A stretch of DNA of 20,000 nt from NCBI GenBank assembly GCA_051942205.1, contig JAVECO010000134.1, positions 44,575 to 64,574 of the forward strand, written 5' to 3'. Each line of letters opens with the position of its first letter. Positions within the stretch are counted from its first letter, which is position 1. The stretch comes from Coniocarpon cinnabarinum (taxonomy: Eukaryota). Shown one piece after another: positions 10,901 to 20,000 of the stretch. Both the position numbers and the translations under genes were made by a program. The notes under the pieces were generated by a model. That model was not told where the DNA came from and ran no database searches. It saw only the letters and a list, made by a program, of their open reading frames with translations.

Positions 10901-11523
10901 ATGGATACGAATTCCTACGATCTAGATGACGGCCCAGTGGCCGTACCTCGGAAAGAACCGGCGAGGGCCGGTGATCGATTCAGCGGCGAAGTGACTATTG
11001 GGGGGAAGACCTACAACGTCTCCTTTAAACATAGCGGCAGTAGACTACGTCAATTTGAGGAGCGCCTTTCGTTCCACTCAGACCGCAATGAGAACGAAAG
11101 TCAGAAAGTCTTGAAATTGAGACGCGAAGTTGTCGCCGGATTGACAGCCTTGGGGAGCTATCCGAAAGTGGATGAATTTTTCAAGTACTACTCGGAAGCG
11201 AGGGATAGACACATGTCGAGAGGTCCTGCGGGTGAGATCACGGTATTCTGTAGGCTACAGTAGGTGCACTGTCGCTCCTTCTCAGGAGACTCACGGTGTT
11301 AATCCCCCTACCTTCTAGTCATGATCATAGCGTTACGCATCTACTACACCCGCCACTCTTGGGTGATTTGTCGATGCAACCTGATTTCGAACATAGAGCT
11401 TCAGGCGTCGTCAAGGATTTGGAAATACTGAAGGGAGTGCCTAAAGTCAAAGAGGAGGAAAATAAGGGTATGAAGACAGAGCCAGGATCAGAAACAGGGA
11501 GGGAGGGTACAAAGATCATGTAG
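10901..11523 (+). CDS. Small hypothetical protein C (~187 aa), exons 10901-11259 and 11319-11523; charged C-tail
   Basis: ATG 10901, donor GTAGGT at 11260, TTAAT branch and TAG acceptor at 11318, continuing in the 11296-11523 ORF frame. Motifs TIGGKTYNVSFKHS, KVDEFFKYY and TVFCRL^H. Confidence 0.7.
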
Positions 11524-12448
11524 GAACCCTGCCTTCAGCTCCCCCCTGGAGGCACGAGTCCAGCAGCATTGTCTCGATGGCCCGTCAAGTCAAGACTAAG
11601 GCAATAGCTAGCAGTGTCTGATCCACTTGAGAGTGAATGGCATCTCTCCAGTCCGACTTTGTGCCTCTCTTTAATAAGGAAACTGTTCTGTGTTGCGACA
11701 AACCCGTGTGTTTTACTAGGTGCAAGGCGCGCTCATGCCAGAACAAACCCAATTGTTCAATGTCGTTGCAAAGGCTAGCACGGTAGACGCTTGAGGAGCT
11801 GCAATATCCTTGGCACCTGGAAGCCCTTACGATATGCAAGCATGCGAGCCAAGTTTTGAAACGTCTGGTACCTAGGTGAGAGGGCACACCAGTGTTTCAT
11901 TACGTATTAGACAATCCAGGTTAAAATAAGTGCAGGCGGTTGCTGCACTCGTAACATCATGAAGAACGACTAGCAGGCGCTGTGCATAGTCACCGCAGAA
12001 TGAAGACAGCTCGTCCTGAACCGAAGCCCGCAGTATCAGTGCAGGTGCTCCCGTGCTATTTGGTGCGAGATCGGCTAGAAGGGAAGCCACGAGGTGCTCA
12101 AGGCGGAACAGGGTCATTTGAAGGAATGAGCAGTGCTCTGGATTACCGATGTCTTGGAGCAGTGTTGGTTCGGCTGTCACGAGCTCGCCCAGCCGCGGCG
12201 AAACCGTGAATATGACGGTGAACAAGCGTCAAAGGCGTCTGGTAGCCGTTGTGAATAAGATATTCGGAGTCAGATCTTAGATGCGCAAAGGCATGGGTCT
12301 TCGATTGATCGGAGCTGTGTAGGCACCCCTTCAAAAATGGGATTTCTAATGCCTCGGTTTGGTACACCCTTCTGTTGCTGCATTGCACAGGAACAGTCTC
12401 AGATAGGGTCACTACCTGAGCATCTAGCGCATGCATCCGAGCTGACAC

Positions 12449-14373
12449 TCACGGTACAGAACAAAGCTTTTCGAACTTCGTTCGTGCTTGCTCATTCCAA
12501 GCAGATCTCGCTCCAGAAACTAATCTTGGGGTGTGACCCAGTACATTTCGCTCCTGCGCGTTGATCGTCTTCGGCATGACACCCAGTAGGATGTCTACAG
12601 TCTCCTCATCTGCATACATAGCTACCATGTGCAGAATGTTGCTTCCGCTGGGAAGCCTGTGCCACTTCCAATGCTCACGTGCGGGCGAGTCCAGAAGACA
12701 ACGTAGGTGTGAGTGCTTGTTGCCCGTAATCGCCAAATACACTGGCGTTTGACCACCGTTGTCCGAAGCCATCGCGTTTGCACCACAGCTGACCAGTTTC
12801 GCCGTGTCCGTCACACTGCCACTCGTGACGCACCACCAAAGGGGCGTACGGCCTTGCACATCTCGTGCTTCGAGCTCTGCAGCACTGCAATGCATTAAGT
12901 CCTCAAGCGTGAGAGGATCGGGCAGAAGGCCAAGCACGATCTTGTGCAAGCGCGAGAAACCCTGTTCCTGGATCCACGAGGTCAAGTCGAATAGAGTAGT
13001 CAGTTCTTCAACATTCTGAGGTGACCAAGAATTTGCTTTTGTGAATCCCGAGAAGATGAGACATAAGGCTGTGTCTCGCGGCGTTTCGTATGACGAGCTC
13101 TGCGAGGTCGGATCCGTGCCATTTTGCAAGAGGTACCTCACCATGTCGACATGGCCTCTGAAGCACGCGCTGTGTAGACAGGATAGGCCAAACTCATCCA
13201 CGTCATATGGAGATGCCAATCCCTTCTGAAAACAGTCCCGCACAGAAGCAACGTCACCGAGGTAAGAATGACGGAAGGCCGGACCACCTCTTTGACGGAC
13301 GCGTGGCAGCTCAATGACGATTTGAAAGCCGGTAACGGAGATCAGAAGCATGCGGTCGAGAAGCCAGCGAGGCCAGTAGAAATTGATGCTTCTTCTGTGG
13401 ATTTCCTGGGTTTTGCACGTAGGGAGATCACATGCCGGTGGATACCAAAGGCCCCCTCCTGTATACGTGATGCGAAGAGAGCCGCACAGCGCTGCTAGAG
13501 CAGGTGACGATGTCCAGCTTGAGCGCTTGTGACAGGCACATTGACACCAGTCACGGCATGCCTGAGGCTGTACAAAACGCCGCTTGTGCACCAAGGGTCC
13601 AGAAACTTGGGGAGACAGGACCGCGTTATCTATGCCAGGGTATTCAACAGCGTCATAGAACGCTTCCTCAAGATCATCGCTTGCAATAGACTTCACTGTG
13701 CGATCCGAAACAGCGGGAGAGCGTCGATGATGTAGTTCTGGTAGGGTCTGCAGATAATGATGAAGCTTCTCTTGGGATTTGACCACCACGTCTATTGACT
13801 GTCGACTCAACAGAATCTCTTGACTTGTTGTTTTGATTAGCACTCACAACCCTCTTGAGTGCAGATTGCAACCAACACTTACTATGTATACGACGACAAC
13901 GACGTGGATATGTTGGATCTGGCTTCGGCAAACTTAAGCCGCAGTTCGCGAATGCGAGCTCTATTTCTCACAAACTGAATGGCGACCTTTTTGGACTTTA
14001 CACTGCTCGGCTCGATCTCGGTTGAGCACCAACGTTGCAAAGCCAGGATCTCAGAACGGTTCATTGCATCATGTCTGAACTTTGACTCTGACTCTGACAC
14101 TCGATGTGACTTACCGAGCACACGTCCAATAATTAGTTGTTGAAAGCAATCAAAAGCCTTCTGCAGTTCATTCAGTTGACTTGTAAGCTGATGATTGAAT
14201 CCTACACTCTCAACAGCTGTCAAAACTGTTTCCAACGCTTCGATCTCTTCCAAAAGTTCAGAGACCTCGCGAGGTGCGTGGTGCACGTCACGGAGTTTTC
14301 GCAGAGCTTTGGTGGCAGCAGTCGTCAGGCCCACTACAGTGACAAGGCTTGCTGTAAATGACAAAGGATCCAT
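12449..14373 (-). CDS. HeLo-like/SesA-type N-terminal domain + Cys-rich segment + ankyrin repeat protein, ~621 aa, exons 14373-13883 and 13823-12449 (3' end may be extended by splicing)
   Basis: The N-terminus MDPLSFTASLVTVVGL...APREVSELLEEIEALETVL is typical of the fungal 'N-terminal domain of STAND proteins' (Helo_like_N). Intron 13882-13824 (GTAAGT..CTAAT..AAG) restores the frame. Ankyrin motifs include GLSCLHSACFRGHVDMVRYLLQNG, GRTPLWWC, GQTPVYLAI, GSNILHMVA and GHTP. Confidence 0.88.
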
Positions 14374-17138
14374 ACCAACCTGAGGAGTGAACCTGCTTGC
14401 GTGGGCGTCGTCTGATGCACAGGGGTGCGAGCAATGCGTGCGAGGTTGGTGCTGCAGCAGGGTTGCACTGGTAAGCCGAAGGAATCTCTAGGCTCTGCAA
14501 TGGAGAAGGCCGCTCCTTTGACATTGAAAGATGTTGGACCATCATGATTCAGAGCTGGAGATGCAGATGCCGAATGGTTCGGGATCGGCTCATGTGGTGA
14601 TCTGATCCTCAATGAATCCCGCCCCGCCATCAGTCAGGAACCTACAGAACCAACCCCGTTTCAGTCAAGGTTCATGGCGCAGCGTCTACACTTGGTCCGT
14701 TTTCGAGGTTAGCGATGGGGGCCGAATGTCTGATGCATTTCGGGTCCCAAATGCACAGCCAATATTGCCTGCGGATCAGCGGCACGAGCCTCTTGGTCAC
14801 TCTTAGTGAAACACGGGTGACGGTAGGGATACCAAGGTTCTGCCTTGCCTGCGTCGTTTTTTGGGCACTGCTATCGCATGACAAAGACTCCAGGAGTGAC
14901 GGCAGGAGGGGAACGTGGCCCGTCTCCTACTAGCACCTCCTGGGAAGGTTAGCAAGGATGTCGATCAGGCGCTTTTTCTAGAGTATCGATCAGACGAATT
15001 CCAGCAGTCGCCAACAAACAGACGCACGGGTCTAGTCGACATTGGAACAACGCGGACGCGGTGACGCTTCGCTTGTTCTCGTGCAGTCGTCACCTCACGC
15101 TAGATGTATTATTCACACAAAACCTACAACATGTGCACCAGACGTCGTACAAGACAGTACCCACCCAGGACTGGTGTAGTAGAGGCGAGCGCGGTGAAGC
15201 TAGTGTACGCGGTAGTGTACGGCATTGAATATTCCCGCACATCGCGTTAACCTAAAATACAGGTTGTACCTGTGCCCGCTTACGCGGATGACAGCCAGGA
15301 GCCGCGGTCTCACGATGGCACAGGCCGTTCGATTGGTGTGATTGGCTACGCCGGAGTGCATGTAATATGCTCGTGTGGATGCAACCTCAATCAGGCGCCA
15401 AAAGTTTGCTGAAATAGGCATCAGAGCCTTGCTCCCACACCACGCGATAGCGACAAATGCTCTTCTCTACTGTCCGTTTATTGACTGCAAATCCTATTGA
15501 GTGTGAGCATCGTAGAAGCCTATGCGATCACCAGGAGGTATCGGTGTTAATGTATACAAGATATAAGACTCAATTGTTCGCCCTCTGTACCTCACGAGGA
15601 ATGACTTCGTCAAGGGTCCGTCCCAGATTCATGGGCAGTTCAATGCGTCCGGTCCCGGGTGGGTCGCATACATCGTACATGGTATCCTAACCACATAGCT
15701 TAGGCATCCCGCCCAAGTAACAGGAGGCGCCTGCCTTGCTCTCCCGATTCTCGTCTTAAGACGATGTACGATGTTCTCCGTATTCCCTCGCAACGTCGCC
15801 AGAATGCCTTCGCACAATCATGTAGAAATCATGCGCGGGCTTGATGCGCTTAGCCTAGACCTGAAGCGGTTCATGCAAGCATGCCGACAGGATTCTTCTG
15901 TGAGCAGTGGTCAGAGCTGCTATGTAGAGACGCCTAATCAAGACGAAGCCCAGACGTTCGAGAATCATTTGTCGAAGATTTTGAAGGCACGGCTGCACGT
16001 GTAACAGTATCCTGCTTCGCTCGAAACCCAATTCCCGTTTAACTGTACGCTATTACCGGAAGGGTAGTCGTCTTATGTGGAAACAATTGGCGCCCTGGAC
16101 TTTCCCACGGTCAGGGCGTTTCGGTCAAATTTCTGGGAACATTTGAAGGTTTAGTCGTAAAGACAGAAGCTGTCGCTCTGCAAACTGCCTCGAACGCCAT
16201 GGATAAGCTGCTGTGCGAAAAATTCCCAGCCGATTGGTAGGAGAAAGGCTGGATCTGGCGGGCGGTAGAATGAGGACTTTCAGTTCCTATCCTGACCATT
16301 TATAAGTTTACATATTTATCAACCTCGCCGTGCGTCAGAGCGAATCGAGATTGTTGACGCTGTAGCGGTGCCGACAAGAGGACTCATCTCCTTTGACGGT
16401 GGAACTCGTGGGTAAAGCTCCTTAAGCGCGCTCTGTTTTTCCGAACTTGTATTGAAATAGTGTAGCTGGCTGTGCATGTTTGCATCGTATACGACCATAA
16501 GATCCTTCACGGGTTTCTGAGACTTCCACAGGCCTGTGTGCATGTTTTCGCATCACCAGATATCGTTATCAGGAATCATACTCCAGCACTTACAAAACCG
16601 AGGGTGGAAGCTGTAATGCCGAGCAAATCTATCATGTGGTATTGAAATAATATTGACAGAGAGTCATCAGGTCAGTGATTACCACAATTCCGTCAATAAA
16701 ATGCGGACTTGCAAAGAACACGCGCGAAGGAGAACTATACCATAGCTTTCCAGATCAGAGATAGCACCGGTCCTGCTAATTGGAAATGGAGACAAGCAGA
16801 CGTCCCACCAACTATGTCCAATGGGACATGACTTACACGGCTCAAGAGTCGTAAATATCATTGTGAAGCTCTGTATGAAGCTCCGTGCAAGGTGATACAG
16901 AGATCTAAACAACTTGTCGCTAATCCGGAATCACCAAGACGATCGACAAGCTATGTGCAACGGCGCTCATGGCTGTAGCACAGCCAGACAACAACTTTGG
17001 GTCGTTCTATGACATGCCGCAGACAATTTGCTGATCCTCCACATTGTCGTCCCGAACTCGGGCAGCCGGGTCAGTATAGGTAAGACTGGAGAAGACGAGA
17101 CTGATGGATGAGTGGCACGAGTGGGTACATTTTGGAGC

Positions 17139-17146
17139 TCACGTGA
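17139..17146. promoter_or_regulatory. Palindromic E-box TCACGTGA (bHLH Cbf1/SREBP-type site) ~145 nt upstream of CFIm25
   Basis: Perfect 8-bp palindrome in a promoter position; function is inferred only. Confidence 0.35.
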
Positions 17147-17291
17147 TAGTTTTCGTCAGCCACATCTACCAGCCACATTCTGTTCGCTGTAGAATTGATG
17201 CCATTACGCGCTGTTAACACTCTACGCTGATCTTCACGAACCTTTCTCATTCCCTCAAGCTTCGCACAATTACTGAAAAGTCACAGTCCGC

Positions 17292-18108
17292 ATGTCGACA
17301 ATCACGCAGACTACGCTGCAAAGCGCTTATCCTCCAGAGTGTCCGCTCCCCTTCAACGCCAACCAGCCACCAACTCTAAGGCTCTATCCTCTAAGCAACT
17401 ACACGTTCGGGACCAAGGACCAGCAGCCAGAAGAAGATCCGTCAGTACTCGCTCGTCTCAAGCGTCTGGAAGAGCACTACGAAAATCATGGCATGCGCCG
17501 AACCTGCGAGGCAATTCTGGTCTGCCATGAACACAACCACCCTCACATCCTCATGTTGCAGATTGCAAATGCCTTCTTCAAACTGTGAGCCTCCACTCTT
17601 CGGCACCTGATCCTTTGAGCTTCTGTCGCATCTTGGAATGTCACTATGCTCTGTGCAACACGGCTCACACAATTTTAGACCAGGTGACTACCTCCGGGCA
17701 GAAGATGATGAGATCTCTGGATTCAAGAAGCGCCTGAACGAGCGTCTCGGGCCTGCCAATAGCCAATCCGACGATGCAAACAGCGACTGGGATATTGCCG
17801 AGACTCTGGCTCAGTGGTGGCGTCCAAATTTTGAGACCTTCATGTATCCGTTCATTCCAGCCCACATTACGAGACCGAAAGAGTGCAAGAAGCTTTACTT
17901 GATCCAACTACCCTCGAGTAAAGTTCTGAGCGTCCCCAAGAATATGAAGCTTCTGGCTGTTCCACTGTTCGAATTGTACGATAACTCGGGACGGTACGGT
18001 CCTCAGCTCTCAGCCATTCCGCATCTACTCTCTCGATACAACTTCGAATTCGTGGACGAGGATGGCCAAGTGACAGCCGTCACGCCTGGCAGTGGCCCTT
18101 ATAAGTAA
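17292..18108 (+). CDS. NUDT21: Cleavage factor Im 25 kDa subunit (CFIm25 / CPSF5), ~240 aa, exons 17292-17584 and 17679-18108
   Basis: Strongly conserved motifs LYPLSNYTFGTK, GMRRTCEAILVCHEHNHPHILMLQ, FFKLPG (restored across intron 17585-17678), WWRPNFETFMYPFIPAHITRPKE and VPKNMKLLAVPLFELYDN...YGPQLSAIPHLLSRYNF. Confidence 0.97.
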
Positions 18109-18645
18109 GTCATCACATGCTTTCACTCCTCGTCTCTGAAGGCAGCAGCAGCTATAGCGCTCTTCTCTCGAACTGTTGCTTATATTTGATTATCTAGCTT
18201 CAATGATACTACTGCATCTCCTGCGAACGGGGTAAGTACACAACAAGAAGCGACATGACTCGGAACACTTGAAAATCAAGCAGTACGCCACAAACAACAT
18301 CGGTTTTTCAGAGAGTGCATCCCAACATTGCATCGGATTCGACCGGATATTTTGGGACCTCACCAAAGCTTGTATGAGTAAGAAATGCCGCTTTTGGAGA
18401 ACGACTCAGCTTCGCAAATTTTTCGCACTCATGTCCTTGGCTGTTTTCAGGCAAAACCAAAAACAATATCTCAAATCTACCGAAAGGTCGTTGTGAGACC
18501 GAAGATCGTTGTGAGGTCTCGCCTGGTAGCGCATTGACCTGGGGTGTTCTTATGACCATCTAGGTCCTTAAAGCTAACTGGCAGCACCACATGTTTCAAA
18601 CAATGCATTCCTCACTATGACAGCTCATATTTCTCCGAGTAGCAA

Positions 18646-19824
18646 ATGCCTCCGAGCTTCATGGCCTGTATCCTCATGATTCTCCCTCATGAACTCATTC
18701 TCAGGATCCTTAGCTACCTTAGCACGGACAGCCTCCTTACGTTTCTCCGGTTAAGCCTCAGCTGTCACTCGATCGCACGTCCTCTGATCTTCGCTGATCT
18801 CAATCTCACCACCCTCACACTTCCTCGCTGTCCCTTCGCAACGCCCGTTGCGAACCGCACTCATGAGCAAGTCAGCCGCGTTCGAAAATGCCTCTCGCAG
18901 CTCAAGTCTCTTAATATTACTCTCAGCAACCCCACACAGATATTCACGACCCTCACGCGCGCTCCGTTCATTTGTCTGAATCGCAGCGAGCAAACCTACT
19001 TTGGCTTGCAGTTCCTGAATAAGACCACGGACTTTGCTATCCACAACCTGAGCCAAACGCTTGAACATCATTCCTGCGACCTGGACAAGCTCACGCACCT
19101 GTCCCTCTCCATTCCCAGTAATCTCACCACTCGCTCCAACGGCGTTTCACGTGCCCATAGTCCATTTCCACGAATCGACCAAGCTTCCGTCCTCTCCTTC
19201 CTGCATGCGGTCGGCTGCTGCCAGAATTTACAAAGTCTTAAACTGGATACGAACACAGCTGAAGAAACGACATGGACGGTTGACTCCGGAACAACGAGCT
19301 GCGAGGTTCATACATGCGCGGTCTTCGCCCGTGCCGTACGCAGCTTACACCGTTTACGCAAGATACACTGGAGGCGTCGAGAGATCTGTCCATCCCTTTT
19401 CGAAGCATTGCGCGAGAGTGAAGATGCCTACATGCCAAGTCCTATTGAGAGTCTGATTGTCGACTTGAGAATGAGCGACGTGCAACAAAGTGCTTGGAGC
19501 GAATGGGCTGCACAGAGTCGACGTTGCAACTGTCGGTGCACATGTGAGCAATGTGACCAACCCCAGTCCCGTGCGTGTTTGGACTCAGATGTTTCGCCAC
19601 ACTATGAGCACTCCGGCACTGACAAATACGGCGGTGATTTGATGGACGCTATGGTACGAGCAGCCAGCAGTGCGGCCAAGAATATGCCCAGGGCACATGA
19701 AGTACTGGTATTGGGGCATGATCCACTGTCGCAGAGCATGGACGAGTCAAAAGCTAACACGATTATGTTCGACTGCTTGCGCGACACCAAGAGATTTACA
19801 CGTGATCACGAACATAGTCTATAA
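18646..19824 (+). CDS. F-box domain protein (single exon, up to 392 aa; start may be ATG 18661)
   Basis: F-box-like LMILPHELILRILSYLSTDSLLTFLRLSLSCHSIARPLIF, LRR-like units (LSQLKSLNI, LDKLTHLSL, CQNLQSLKL) and a long uninterrupted ORF. Confidence 0.8.
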   Translation: MPPSFMACILMILPHELILRILSYLSTDSLLTFLRLSLSCHSIARPLIFADLNLTTLTLPRCPFATPVANRTHEQVSRVRKCLSQLKSLNITLSNPTQIFTTLTRAPFICLNRSEQTYFGLQFLNKTTDFAIHNLSQTLEHHSCDLDKLTHLSLSIPSNLTTRSNGVSRAHSPFPRIDQASVLSFLHAVGCCQNLQSLKLDTNTAEETTWTVDSGTTSCEVHTCAVFARAVRSLHRLRKIHWRRREICPSLFEALRESEDAYMPSPIESLIVDLRMSDVQQSAWSEWAAQSRRCNCRCTCEQCDQPQSRACLDSDVSPHYEHSGTDKYGGDLMDAMVRAASSAAKNMPRAHEVLVLGHDPLSQSMDESKANTIMFDCLRDTKRFTRDHEHSL

Positions 19825-19909
19825 GCACACCATGTGGTTCTTGTACCATTCGCAAACCCACGGCGTCTCGAGCAATTAAAAATCCCTGCTTTTCTATCCA
19901 AGAGGAATG

Positions 19910-20000
19910 ACCTCGCTCGTTTTCCCCATTCCCTCATTTTATCGCCTCTTTCATAACACCTTCCTACCCTTCCGCCTTCGCCGCCCTCCCCTTCCCCTTC
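19910..20000 (+). other. Pyrimidine (C/T)-rich tract, probably the core promoter/5' UTR of a gene beyond the window
   Basis: Strongly C/T-biased run (ttccccattccctc...ccctccccttccccttc). CT-rich boxes are common upstream of filamentous fungal genes. Confidence 0.4.

Noticed and set aside
12449..14373. Amyloid signalling motif (HET-s PFD, PP or sigma type) associated with the HeLo-like gene
   Set aside because: No N/G/Q-rich pseudo-repeat was seen in this protein or in the neighbouring ORFs.
1..20000. RIP-mutated or transposon-derived sequence; tRNA/rRNA genes
   Set aside because: No AT-rich TpA-enriched tracts, transposase or reverse transcriptase motifs, or recognisable structural RNA genes were seen by eye.

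Overview
Intron-containing genomic DNA from a filamentous ascomycete (GT-AG introns with CTRAY-like branch sites). Left to right: a 7-exon PTH11-like (rhodopsin-domain) membrane protein, a 3-exon BBE/FAD_binding_4-type flavoprotein oxidoreductase, an F-box/LRR-like gene broken by two apparent frameshifts, and a tandem array of three small unrecognised genes (A, B, C). Next come a convergent HeLo-like/SesA-type N-terminal domain + Cys-knuckle + ankyrin protein with no NACHT/NB-ARC, a ~2.9 kb unresolved interval, the conserved CFIm25 (NUDT21) gene and a second, intact F-box gene. The most notable observation is the A/B/C array. The three proteins are highly diverged but share short motifs and a phase-2 intron at the same position. 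B and C also share a ~270-280 bp duplicated upstream block that is easier to align than the coding sequences, and its CGGCTCGCG motif recurs inverted upstream of A. The neighbouring NLR-like and F-box genes suggest a fast-evolving accessory (nonself-recognition or conflict) locus, which is inference only. All splice models were derived by eye and no database searches were run.
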